The notes: generated from the letters alone by a model not told the origin. A stretch of DNA of 32,000 nt from Candidatus Heimdallarchaeota archaeon (GCA_030149205.1 JASBSB010000003.1:330001-362000), one strand, 5' to 3'. Positions 18,214 to 27,383 are shown, counted from the first letter of the stretch. A program made the numbers and translations.

Positions 18214-19104
18214 TTATTTCTTAACACCAAGATAAAAGACAAATCGGTCATACTCTTTAAACCCAATTTTTTTATAAAGTCCTCTTGCTACTGTGTTTTT
18301 CTCATTTACAAAGAGAGTTGGGACTCGTTTTGTTTTTATGATCCCTAAGGTAACAGCCACAGTCAATGCCCTTCCAATTCCTTGATTTCTCACACCTTCC
18401 TTAACGTACACATTTCCAAGCTGTACGGTGTAGGGAGTCTCAAAGTGTGTTCCTGCAAATCCTAGAATATCATCATCACTCTCACAAATCACAGAAAGTT
18501 CAGACTTTAACTGTAAAGGATTAAACCAAGTTTCACTCTCTGGTAGAAATAATTCGATAAGGTCAGTATCTTCAATTGTTGCAGCTCTAATTGTAGGTAG
18601 GTCGTTAATATCTGGAACTTCAATATCCTTTGATTCTAGACGCATCGCAACATCTAAATTTTGCTCAATCCAGAGATAGGATTCCCACCCTAAGATAGGT
18701 GGAGGGTCATGACGAAGGTTTTCCTCATCATTAGATAACCCAACAGGATAAATCACCATGATTTTATCAAACTTCAAATTCATGTCCACGTAGTCTTTAA
18801 TAGAACTCCAATAAGAAATCTGCCTCGCTGGAAAAATTAGTACAGGTACATCATTTCCCTTATAGATTGTAAATCCAGATAAAATTTCACCGTTCACTCC
18901 AGAAATTTTGTAAATTGCACTAACCTCATTCATGGGTGAATGCAAGTCTCCAACCAACAATTGATTTCTGAAGACATCTTGGATCATATTTCCCATAATT
19001 TTTGCGACGTCATGATTTGATTCTGCAATTGTAATTTTATAGGGTTCAGTATCCATAGGTGTCTTAGTTGTAAGTATTTTTAACAGGCTAGATAAATTTA
19101 CCAA
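18214..19104 (-). CDS. GNAT family N-acetyltransferase (C-terminal FR47-like GNAT domain)
   Basis: QLGNVYVKEGVRNQGIGRAL and LFVNEKNTVARGLYKKIGF acetyl-CoA motifs. Start is TTG 19104 or ATG 19056. Confidence 0.85.
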   Translation of the reverse strand: MVNLSSLLKILTTKTPMDTEPYKITIAESNHDVAKIMGNMIQDVFRNQLLVGDLHSPMNEVSAIYKISGVNGEILSGFTIYKGNDVPVLIFPARQISYWSSIKDYVDMNLKFDKIMVIYPVGLSNDEENLRHDPPPILGWESYLWIEQNLDVAMRLESKDIEVPDINDLPTIRAATIEDTDLIELFLPESETWFNPLQLKSELSVICESDDDILGFAGTHFETPYTVQLGNVYVKEGVRNQGIGRALTVAVTLGIIKTKRVPTLFVNEKNTVARGLYKKIGFKEYDRFVFYLGVKK

Positions 19105-19209
19105 ACCTCGTTAATTCCCAATTTCTTTGTTAATTTTGGATGAATTTTCACTTCTAAAATACCGTTATACCAAAATCTCTTTCTACAACATTTGATAAAC
19201 CAATAATAT

Positions 19210-21147
19210 TTAGTCCTCAAAAAACCTTTTTATTTTTGATCTTAAAAGTCTAGGTTCAGGGTTTATTTTTTCAAGGCTTTCTTTTAGCCAACTTGGAAGA
19301 TGTTCCTGAACCTTTGGACTTCCATATCGAAAATCAAGAAGTAAGATAAACGCTTTATCATCTATAGACCTAACTGCTCGACCAGCTGCCTGACTTGCTT
19401 TATTAACTGCAGGGATAATATACCCCAACTTTCTTCCCTCTGAGGGAAATTTAGCTTCCAAATATTCTATCTGAGAGTTTACCCTAGGATTAGGTGGTGC
19501 GTATGGAATCCCAACTACAATGACAGCATTCATCAAATCACCAGGAAAGTCCGTTCCTTCTGAAGACCGCCCACCTAAAACAGCACAAAGTAAAGCTCCT
19601 CCTCTCTCGGCCTCACCTTTGAATTTTTGTATCAACTCATCATTTTCTGTTGAGCTTAACCCCTCTTTAACTTCATAAATTGGTTTTAATCGAAATTGAT
19701 TTAAGCCATTTTTAAAGAGTTCTCGCAAAATCTGGTAGGAAGGTGTGAATAAACCAACATTTGCGGGTGTGTTCTCAACTACAGCTTCTATTAAATCAAC
19801 CATTTTTTTGTAGGTTTGAGGTCCTCGATGGTTATATAAGGTACTTAACCTGTCAGTGTAATAAACCGAAATGTTAGATTTGAGATATGGAGAGGGGAGA
19901 ATTGAGGTCTGAGTTTCAACTCTATCTAATCCTATTGTGTGTTTATAAGCATCTGCATCACCTATACTACCAGAAATATGAACTGAAGCAAATACGTCTT
20001 CAAAGACGGGTAAAAGTAGTTTACTAGCATCTAAAGATGTTATTCGAAGAACTGCGTATCTGTCTTTTGGGTTGTTTACAAAAGTTCTTGTTTCCACAGA
20101 TTGAATGTATGCGGCTTCACCAATTGCATTGTACCACCTAAGGAAAAATTCACCTATTCTACCAATTGATGATCTTGGTTCTTTACCCTGTTTTATCAAA
20201 TTTTTACGAATCTCGAATCCAATTTCTATCAGATCTTCAAAGAAGAATTCATCCAATTCAATATCACAATCTAATTCAATCTCTTCAAGGATGTTTGCAC
20301 CATCAACTTTTGTTTCTAAGCCAACTTTATGCCTTTTTGCTAGATCATTAAAAAAATTGATCAAAGATTCAAAAAATGGAATCAAGTCAGACCTCTTAAT
20401 CCTTCGAGACTCATTTATTGCTCTTGGAATCGAGAACGTTGATAATTCATCAGAGTTGATTTTTATCCCGACATCGGGAAGATTGTGACACTCATCAATC
20501 ACAAGAATTAGATCTTGTGGATCAACTTTCAATTGGTTCAGAAGACTACTTCTATTAATTGGATCAAACATGTATAGATAACTACAGGCTATAACATCTA
20601 CTTTTGACAGGAGCTTCCTTGCAGTTTCTGCTGGGCAAATGTCTGCTGACTGACTCAATTCGAAGATTCTTTGAGAATCACTTGGTGAACTACTTAATGC
20701 ATTAAGAACTGGTAAAAGTCTTGCATCACTTCCCATGTTTTTGAAATACTGACATTTTTTGTTGACTTTAAGTTGCATACACATTTCATTTACAGCACTT
20801 GAAGATTTGGCGTATTTATTTACCAATTCATGAAGGCACATAGATCCTCTTCCCCTAAGAGTAATCCCCGAGACTTGAGACTTTTTAGATATCTCTCTCA
20901 ACTCCTCAATAACCCGGTCCATCTGAGAGTGGGTTCTTGCCATATAAATTATTTTTTTATGTCTCTCCTTTGCATATGGGAGTAAAGCTGATAAGACTGC
21001 TATTGTTTTTCCAGTCCCATTTGCAGCCTCATATATGAAATGAGAACGTGTGTGAATATTTTCAAATAGTGGAATTACTATTTTTTCTTGGGCTGGTCGA
21101 ATCTCATAGGGAAAATAATCTTTCCAATGAGCATGCTGATTACTCAT
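19210..21147 (-). CDS. xpd: XPD/Rad3 family Fe-S 5'-3' DNA helicase
   Basis: Q motif YEIRPAQ, EAANGTGKT, four Fe-S Cys (SMCLH, EMCMQ, KKCQYF, DICPAE), motif II DECH, SEGTDFPG, QAAGRAVR. Confidence 0.93.
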   Translation of the reverse strand: MSNQHAHWKDYFPYEIRPAQEKIVIPLFENIHTRSHFIYEAANGTGKTIAVLSALLPYAKERHKKIIYMARTHSQMDRVIEELREISKKSQVSGITLRGRGSMCLHELVNKYAKSSSAVNEMCMQLKVNKKCQYFKNMGSDARLLPVLNALSSSPSDSQRIFELSQSADICPAETARKLLSKVDVIACSYLYMFDPINRSSLLNQLKVDPQDLILVIDECHNLPDVGIKINSDELSTFSIPRAINESRRIKRSDLIPFFESLINFFNDLAKRHKVGLETKVDGANILEEIELDCDIELDEFFFEDLIEIGFEIRKNLIKQGKEPRSSIGRIGEFFLRWYNAIGEAAYIQSVETRTFVNNPKDRYAVLRITSLDASKLLLPVFEDVFASVHISGSIGDADAYKHTIGLDRVETQTSILPSPYLKSNISVYYTDRLSTLYNHRGPQTYKKMVDLIEAVVENTPANVGLFTPSYQILRELFKNGLNQFRLKPIYEVKEGLSSTENDELIQKFKGEAERGGALLCAVLGGRSSEGTDFPGDLMNAVIVVGIPYAPPNPRVNSQIEYLEAKFPSEGRKLGYIIPAVNKASQAAGRAVRSIDDKAFILLLDFRYGSPKVQEHLPSWLKESLEKINPEPRLLRSKIKRFFED

Positions 21148-21173
21148 AGTTTTGTATAACTGAAGTTACGATG

Positions 21174-21203
21174 TGAGTATAATAAATCCTCTTATGAGTA
21201 TAA
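21174..21203. repeat. 9-bp direct repeat TGAGTATAA x2 in the xpd / oxidoreductase divergent promoter
   Basis: Copies at 21174-21182 and 21195-21203 (21-bp period). Confidence 0.4.
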
Positions 21204-21298
21204 GGTAGCAAGACCTTTTCCCATATTGTCTCATTCTTGATGATTTTAAACAAATCAGTGTCCTATATGCTTATTAATCAGTTTATTCAACTTAAATT

Positions 21299-22360
21299 AT
21301 GTCCAAAATCAAGGTTGGAATAGTGGGTACAGGGTTTGGGTCGATAGTGCATTACCCTGGATTCCTCCACCACCCTGATTTTGAACCTGTGATAATGATT
21401 GGAAGAAATGAGGCAAAAACCAAAGCGATAGCAAAGAGGTTAAACATTGCATGGTCGACCAATATGAAAGATGTCCTTGAAAATGAAGAAATAAAGGCAG
21501 TAAGCATTGTTACACCACCTAAAACTCACAAAATGTTGATATTAGATTCAATACGATCAGAAAAACATGTTATGATAGAAAAGCCAATTTCTGTTTCACT
21601 TAAGGAGTCTCAAGAAGTACTAGAGCAAGTTGAAGAAAGTGGGTTAACAGCCATGGTTAATTTTGAATTTAGGTTTATAGAAAATAGAGCCTATTTGATT
21701 GAATTGTTAAAATCAGGTTATATTGGTAAGATCCATGACTTTTCTATAGCAGTGAGAACCGCCAGCCGATTAAACCCCCGTAAGAAGGGATATAATTGGT
21801 GGTCAGAGAGGGCTGAGGGAGGCGGAGTATTAAACTCGATTGGTGCACATTATCTAGACATAATCCTCCAAATTTTTGGTGAAATTGACAGTGTCTATGG
21901 AGTACCTCTAACCATCTTTGAAAAGAGACTGAACAAATCAACCGGAAAGATGAGGAAGGTTTCTGCTGATGATGCTGTTTCTGCAATGATTCATATTTCA
22001 GAGAATGTTTCGGGAACTCTCCAAGCAAGTTCTGTGTCACCATTTGGAAGAGGGACAAAGATGGAGTTTTATGGGGAAGAGGGGGCCTTGGTATTAAAGG
22101 CAGATGGAAGGTTGATGGCAGGGAAAACACAACGGGACTCTGACCTGCAAGAAATAACCATTCCAGACCATTTGAAGGTTCAGAAGTTCAAAAATGAGCA
22201 TAACTTAGTTGGCCCGTTTTTAAAGGTTTTAGATCTGTTTTCTAAGGGTATTAACACAGGAAGCTCACCGTCTCCAAATTTGGAAGATGCAATTAGGGTT
22301 CAGAGGACAATTCAAAGTATTTACACATCAAATTCAAATCTGAAAAGAGTTAAAATATAG
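21299..22360 (+). CDS. Gfo/Idh/MocA family NAD(P)-dependent oxidoreductase
   Basis: KVGIVGTGFG, IVTPPKTH, KHVMIEKP, VNFEFRF, GGGVLNSIGAHYLD. Confidence 0.92.
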   Translation: MSKIKVGIVGTGFGSIVHYPGFLHHPDFEPVIMIGRNEAKTKAIAKRLNIAWSTNMKDVLENEEIKAVSIVTPPKTHKMLILDSIRSEKHVMIEKPISVSLKESQEVLEQVEESGLTAMVNFEFRFIENRAYLIELLKSGYIGKIHDFSIAVRTASRLNPRKKGYNWWSERAEGGGVLNSIGAHYLDIILQIFGEIDSVYGVPLTIFEKRLNKSTGKMRKVSADDAVSAMIHISENVSGTLQASSVSPFGRGTKMEFYGEEGALVLKADGRLMAGKTQRDSDLQEITIPDHLKVQKFKNEHNLVGPFLKVLDLFSKGINTGSSPSPNLEDAIRVQRTIQSIYTSNSNLKRVKI

Positions 22361-22419
22361 TTTGCAAGATAAATTAAGTGTTAATAGAAGCTTAATAAAC
22401 CTATGAGCAATTATAACCT

Positions 22420-23607
22420 ATGTCTATCAGAACAGAAGCTGAAGGATTAAATGATAAATTGGTTACTTATAGAAGGCATTTTCATATGTACCCTGAATTA
22501 GGTTTTCAAGAATTTGAAACTTCAAAATTTATACAAGAAAAGCTCAAAGAACTAGGTTTGGAACCTAAAGTTATTGCAAAAACCGGAATAATCGCAGATA
22601 TCTTAGGAGAAAAAGGATCTGGAAAAACATTAATGATTCGAGCAGATATAGACGCACTACCAGTTACTGAGGCAAATCAAACTGAATATAAGTCGAAAAA
22701 TGAGGGGGTGTCACATGCCTGTGGTCATGATTCCCATATCACCTGCTTGTTGAGTGCTGCGGAGCTCTTGGTGAAACATAAATCAGATTTTAAGGGAAGA
22801 ATCAGGCTTCTTTTTCAACCTGCCGAAGAAGGACCTGGGGGTGCAGTCCCGATGATAAAGGAAGGCGCATTAGGGGACCCAAATCACCCAGACGTTGATG
22901 CAGCTCTTGCTCTTCATGTTACCAATGGAGCCCCAGTTGGGATGATTGGAGTGACGGATGGTCTGCTAACCGCATCAGCTGATGAATTCTATGTGACTGT
23001 AAAGGGAAAGGGTGGACATGGGAGCGCCCCTCATGAAGCTATTGACCCAGTGTATATTGCAGCTCAGCTTACAGTTTCTGTTCAAGGGTACCTGACAAGA
23101 ACAATAGACCCTACACAACATGTTGTATTTACTGTCGGTAAATTAGTAGGTGGAGAACGACAGAATGTGATTAGTGAAACCGCACGAATGGAAGCAACAC
23201 TACGAACACACGATCGAGAAGTTAGAAAGAAATTAAAGGATGAGCTACCCAAGTTTTTCAATCAGCTTGCTAAATCCTTTGGAGGCAGTGCAGAAACAGA
23301 AATTATTACAGGTTATGATGTAGGTATCAATGATAAACACCTCAATGACTTAATAAGGGAAGCTCACAAGAAATTGTATCCAGAATATGGATACGAGGAT
23401 TTGAAAGGGATTATGGGTGCAGAAGATTTCTTTGAATTCAGTTTAGAAGGAAAAATTCCAAGTTCTATGTTTTGGTTATTTGGGGAAAATAAAGAGAAAG
23501 GGTTCACTTCTCCTAACCACAGCAATTATTTTGACTATGATGAAAAAGCATTACCTATCGGAACAACAATTTTAGTACAGACTGCCTTGGATTATCTCAA
23601 TGAATAA
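22420..23607 (+). CDS. M20D family amidohydrolase / carboxypeptidase
   Basis: HMYPELGFQE, RADIDALP, HACGHD, FQPAEEG, GGHGSAPH, GAEDF, NHSNYF. Confidence 0.93.
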   Translation: MSIRTEAEGLNDKLVTYRRHFHMYPELGFQEFETSKFIQEKLKELGLEPKVIAKTGIIADILGEKGSGKTLMIRADIDALPVTEANQTEYKSKNEGVSHACGHDSHITCLLSAAELLVKHKSDFKGRIRLLFQPAEEGPGGAVPMIKEGALGDPNHPDVDAALALHVTNGAPVGMIGVTDGLLTASADEFYVTVKGKGGHGSAPHEAIDPVYIAAQLTVSVQGYLTRTIDPTQHVVFTVGKLVGGERQNVISETARMEATLRTHDREVRKKLKDELPKFFNQLAKSFGGSAETEIITGYDVGINDKHLNDLIREAHKKLYPEYGYEDLKGIMGAEDFFEFSLEGKIPSSMFWLFGENKEKGFTSPNHSNYFDYDEKALPIGTTILVQTALDYLNE

Positions 23608-23681
23608 AAACCTATTCTGTTAATTTTTACAATTTTATTATTCAGTTATTTATTCTTCAAGTATTTACTGTGACAAACGAA

Positions 23682-25292
23682 CTAAATCCTTTCTATTTGA
23701 ACGTCATTTTTGTCTAAAACGAAATTATTTCGTAAGGTGAGAGATTCTAATATTAATTCAATTTTCCGAAAATCTATCGTTATACCTTCCTCATCCACGA
23801 CTACGATCTTATGTCTCTTAAGTACGTTGATTTGATTTCTTACTGTCTTCCTGTTTGAATCCGATTGTCCTGCTATATATGTAATGTTAAATGAATCCAG
23901 GTCTTCATTAAGCAGTGTCTGTAATATATTAATAGTGTGTTTAGATTTCAGTTCCAATTCTGTTTCTTTTAGGTCTATGTCAAATTGATTTATGAACTCT
24001 GTAGCAACGTATACATTAAATCTACCAATTTTGAATTGTTCCACCCAACCATACTCCTCTAAAATCTGAAGATGCCAGAGTAAGTTCCCCATACCTAGAT
24101 CTAATGCTGCCTTTACCTCTCTTAGATGAGCTCCATATTTCCCAACGTGTTCTAGATACTGCATAATCAACTCTCTTACACGGTTCATCAGAACCTCATT
24201 GTTATTGAGTTGTCTGTTCGAGAGGTTATATAGGGATCCAACAAAAAATATGCTGAGTATCCACGATTTTTCAACAAGGAAATTTAAGACCGAAGAAACT
24301 TTTCTGAAAAATAAACCAATTAAAACAAGTAAACCAATAATAGATAGGGTTATTTGCTGAATTGGGTCAAGATTAATGTGAATATTTGGAATTAAAATTC
24401 CACTATTGTTGGTGTTGGAATTTGAGGTCACAGAAGATGTCCCTCCACCGATGATTTTAACTTGAATATTTTCAACCTGAGATTTGACAATTAGAGAGAT
24501 GAATTTTCCAAAATCAATAAAAGATTGAGGAGTATATTGTTGTACGGCTAACTCACTTGAATGAGATGCTTTTTTTCCTGAGCTGGAGATTAAATTGAAA
24601 CCAGAAGTTATGAATTGCCCTGTTGAGCCATTCTGCATAACTGAAACAGGTGTATAAGTTATGGCTTTGGACATATTTGACCCCGTGTTTCCCATTTCTC
24701 GACCAGTTGCTACCACCTGTGCTGTCGGCAACGGTTCAATTAAAGAAATAGGCCCACGGTAAGAAGAGTTAGTGAATCCCTTTGACCTGAAACCTGTATC
24801 TGTAATGTTGATTGACCAATTAGAAGAATTAAAGGTGTGGTCATCATGAGATACCTCATATAAGGATTTAATCCCTAAACCTAACAATAAATCATCTTTG
24901 AGTTCATCCAGATATGGAGAAAAGATCATTACACTTTTGTTTCCTGAAGTTCTAATGTAATTTAAAAGAGATTTTTCCAATTCACTATAGATAGAACCTT
25001 TGTTCATCTCACTTACAATTACAACCTGAAAATTCGAAAGATTGTAAAGTGGTTTACTCGACAGTAGATTAAACGTCACGTTAACTAACGAGGTATTTAA
25101 CCCACTTAATGAACTTTGAATGAATGAGTTTTCTGAAGCTCCACTTGAAAGTACCAAAACATTGACTTTCTTTTGTAATAAATTGATATTTGTAAGATTT
25201 GAACTTGTAGCAGAATAAGAATGAGTAAAGCCACTCAAAGTTAAGACTAAGAGAATTAAAACAATTGACGATTTTGGAACTTTAAATTTCAT
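23682..25292 (-). CDS. Membrane-tethered transcriptional regulator: signal peptide, extracellular domain, TM helix, C-terminal tandem winged-HTH
   Basis: N-terminal signal (IVLILLVLTLSG), Asn/Ser-rich alpha/beta ectodomain, TM ITLSIIGLLVLIGLFF, wHTH RELIMQYL...GAHLREVKAALDLGMGNLLWHLQILEEYGWV and a second HTH-like segment. Confidence 0.75.
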   Translation of the reverse strand: MKFKVPKSSIVLILLVLTLSGFTHSYSATSSNLTNINLLQKKVNVLVLSSGASENSFIQSSLSGLNTSLVNVTFNLLSSKPLYNLSNFQVVIVSEMNKGSIYSELEKSLLNYIRTSGNKSVMIFSPYLDELKDDLLLGLGIKSLYEVSHDDHTFNSSNWSINITDTGFRSKGFTNSSYRGPISLIEPLPTAQVVATGREMGNTGSNMSKAITYTPVSVMQNGSTGQFITSGFNLISSSGKKASHSSELAVQQYTPQSFIDFGKFISLIVKSQVENIQVKIIGGGTSSVTSNSNTNNSGILIPNIHINLDPIQQITLSIIGLLVLIGLFFRKVSSVLNFLVEKSWILSIFFVGSLYNLSNRQLNNNEVLMNRVRELIMQYLEHVGKYGAHLREVKAALDLGMGNLLWHLQILEEYGWVEQFKIGRFNVYVATEFINQFDIDLKETELELKSKHTINILQTLLNEDLDSFNITYIAGQSDSNRKTVRNQINVLKRHKIVVVDEEGITIDFRKIELILESLTLRNNFVLDKNDVQIERI

Positions 25293-25334
25293 ATCTAATC
25301 CTTATTCTACTGCATACTATTTTATGAGTTTCTC

Positions 25335-26474
25335 CTAATCAATCTTTCTACGATATAGTCCTGCTGCAACAAAGATCATAGCAAAGACTGCGATGAACTC
25401 AAACCCTGGAACTCCGCTTGGAAGTGAGGTAGTGCCAAGATATTTTTGTGCAATAGATTGCAAAGCAGCACTGGTTGATTGTGAAACTACACCTATCTTT
25501 GGATCCCAGAACACTTTCTTAGGTTGGATAGCATTAAAGGAGAAGAATACTCGACTTGCATGTTCTCCAACTGAAAGGTCATGTTCTTCAGAGCTAATGT
25601 TTTGGAATTTTGATGTTAAGACAGAAGCATTTTTACCATCTGCATAAACCCAATTTGCCCAGGAAAAGAACCCAGAAACTCCTGCTTGAGTCATGTTTAA
25701 TTCTTTTTCATTTGAAGCAAAGTGGTTTTCCTCATCATACGATGAATTTTCAACTCTCTGAGTTGCAGTTGTCTTTATCTTTGTACCTAAAGCAAGTGAA
25801 GTCTGTGTACCTTTATATGCGTAATTGTTGATTTTCACATCAATTTTTAATGCATTTGGTGTAATTGTTACATTATCTTTCTTTACAATTTGAGAGGCAA
25901 CATGAATGACCAATGTGAACACATTGTCACTGGTTGAAGCAGTAATTGTGTAAGTTCCATATTGATCTACAACTGTTGAGAGAGGACTCCAAGTTGCATT
26001 AGATAAGTCATATGTTGAGACTGCACCAGTACCATTGTATGCTGATCCATTAAGGTTTTTGTATTCAACTATTTTGTTGAAGTCAACCCTAAATTTGAAT
26101 TTTGTTTGGGTTGAATTTGCTTCAGTTTTATAGGAAAACTTGAACTCTGGAGAGTCTCCTTTATGAACCTGAAACTCTACCTCAATTTTATCCTTACGAT
26201 TTGCAACTTTTGACACTGATTCTATTTGAAAGTTATTTGTCGAGTTTTGTACTTCGACCTGTCTTCCAAATGCATCATGTTGTTCTTTTTCTTGCTCTGC
26301 AGTCTTTTCACCATCTTTGTGAGTGACTGTTGAAGTTGATGTTTTATCACCTGACTTAGTTGTTTGGGTCTCTGTTCCATCAGCGACTGCCTTGGAAGCA
26401 TATATTGAGAACATAAGTAGTGAGATAATTACAAACACCATAAGCAGGGATTTTGACCTGTTGATTGTTTTCAT
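25335..26474 (-). CDS. Secreted cell-surface protein with PGF-CTERM (archaeosortase) sorting signal
   Basis: Signal peptide, beta-rich body, C-terminal VPGF-EFIAVFAMIFVAAGLY-RRKID tripartite motif. GAGGT SD 8 nt upstream of the ATG. Confidence 0.8.
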   Translation of the reverse strand: MKTINRSKSLLMVFVIISLLMFSIYASKAVADGTETQTTKSGDKTSTSTVTHKDGEKTAEQEKEQHDAFGRQVEVQNSTNNFQIESVSKVANRKDKIEVEFQVHKGDSPEFKFSYKTEANSTQTKFKFRVDFNKIVEYKNLNGSAYNGTGAVSTYDLSNATWSPLSTVVDQYGTYTITASTSDNVFTLVIHVASQIVKKDNVTITPNALKIDVKINNYAYKGTQTSLALGTKIKTTATQRVENSSYDEENHFASNEKELNMTQAGVSGFFSWANWVYADGKNASVLTSKFQNISSEEHDLSVGEHASRVFFSFNAIQPKKVFWDPKIGVVSQSTSAALQSIAQKYLGTTSLPSGVPGFEFIAVFAMIFVAAGLYRRKID

Positions 26475-26489
26475 TTCTTTAAACCTCGC

Positions 26490-26504
26490 GAACTTTGTAA
26501 GTTC
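26490..26504. promoter_or_regulatory. Perfect 6-3-6 palindrome (GAACTT-TGT-AAGTTC), candidate operator
   Basis: Lies between a minus-strand TATA (TTATAATA, 26518-26511) and the SD/ATG of the PGF-CTERM gene. Confidence 0.5.
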
Positions 26505-26551
26505 TTAATATATTATAACCTTCAATTCTTATTAGACTATAAGGAACAAAC

Positions 26552-26698
26552 ATGCCCATTCAGATTTATTATATAGACGATAAGAACGAACTTTCCCATC
26601 AGACTTTATCGTGTTCTCCTTTGCGTACCAAAGCAATTAGAGAAAAAATTTACGATTTTCTGACCTATCAGAAATTTATATTATCCCAGTATGTCTAA
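26552..26698 (+). CDS. Small hypothetical protein, 48 aa (MPIQIYYIDDKNELSHQTLSCSPLRTKAIREKIYDFLTYQKFILSQYV)
   Basis: Hand-translated ORF below the track cut-off. AAGGA upstream; fills an intergenic gap. Confidence 0.35.
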   Translation: MPIQIYYIDDKNELSHQTLSCSPLRTKAIREKIYDFLTYQKFILSQYV

Positions 26699-26730
26699 TA
26701 TTTAATAACCTAGAGACTATAAATTTTGCT

Positions 26731-26907
26731 ATGAATGAGCATATACAAGGATTAGATAAGGATTTGGTAGCTCCATACCAAAAAATCAGTGGGTTGATTG
26801 ATGAATATTTCAAGCTAAGAAATTTGAGAAGTTTTCCTCAGATTCAACGAAAGATGAAACAAGTGGATGAGGAATTTTACGAAGAGCTCAAGAAATATGC
26901 CAGTTAA
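26731..26907 (+). CDS. Small hypothetical helical protein, 58 aa (MNEHIQGLDKDLVAPYQKISGLIDEYFKLRNLRSFPQIQRKMKQVDEEFYEELKKYAS)
   Basis: Hand-translated ORF. TTTAATAA TATA-like box ends 22 nt upstream, the same spacing as other genes here. Followed by a hairpin and T-run. Confidence 0.55.
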   Translation: MNEHIQGLDKDLVAPYQKISGLIDEYFKLRNLRSFPQIQRKMKQVDEEFYEELKKYAS

Positions 26908-26929
26908 AACCTTAAATTCAACCAATACA

Positions 26930-26961
26930 ATGGGTAAGTACAAAATAACCCATAGTTTTTT
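26930..26961 (+). terminator. Putative terminator: short hairpin plus T-run after the 58-aa ORF
   Basis: ATGGGT (26930-26935) pairs with ACCCAT (26948-26953), then TTTTTT (26956-26961). Confidence 0.4.
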
Positions 26962-27002
26962 CTCTCAAAGTTTATAAGGAACCACACAATTTAAGTGTAA
27001 CA

Positions 27003-27329
27003 ATGAATGATAGCTCTGATAATTTTGCTGAAAAGTTAAATCTTTTAACTGATATAGCGAAAAAGGACGGTATTATCTCAAATGATGAAGAAAAACTTCT
27101 GAGACAAATGAAAATTTCCTATGATGAATATAATCAACAACTCCAAAAGATATTAAAAGAAGGGAGAGTTTCGAAAGAGAAATATGAATGCCTCAAACAG
27201 TTTCGTGATCTACAAATAAAAAAGAATTATGAAATAGCAAATTTAGACAGAAAAATCTCCCAAGATGAAATGAGGATCCTGATTGCTTTTGTGGTTAGTT
27301 TTGATCTCCCTGAAGTAGCAGATGAATAA
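27003..27329 (+). CDS. Small helical protein with three ~30-aa TerB/EF-hand-like motifs
   Basis: DGIISNDE, EGRVSKEK and DRKISQDE at about 30-aa spacing. TATA TTTATAAG at 26971-26978. Confidence 0.7.
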   Translation: MNDSSDNFAEKLNLLTDIAKKDGIISNDEEKLLRQMKISYDEYNQQLQKILKEGRVSKEKYECLKQFRDLQIKKNYEIANLDRKISQDEMRILIAFVVSFDLPEVADE

Positions 27330-27383
27330 TTTACACTGATTTATGGTTATTTATTATTATTATCTGATTCTACTTATTAATAA

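Noticed and set aside
17938-18266. ORFs 17938-18144 and 18033-18266
   Set aside because: They overlap the tRNA-Arg gene and are explained by it.
1060-25831. Short antisense or nested ORFs in the track (e.g. 1060-1317, 1450-1641, 3409-3624, 5578-5772, 6644-6847, 9841-10119, 10177-10596, 14245-15171, 17679-17921, 20105-20488, 21744-22130, 25393-25831, plus 26323-26508 and 30440-30691)
   Set aside because: They lie within or opposite well-supported longer genes, have no recognisable motifs, and look like shadow ORFs.
26731-26907. 58-aa ORF as an acyl carrier protein (GLDKDL resembles GxDSL)
   Set aside because: It lacks the phosphopantetheine-accepting Ser and is shorter and less acidic than an ACP.
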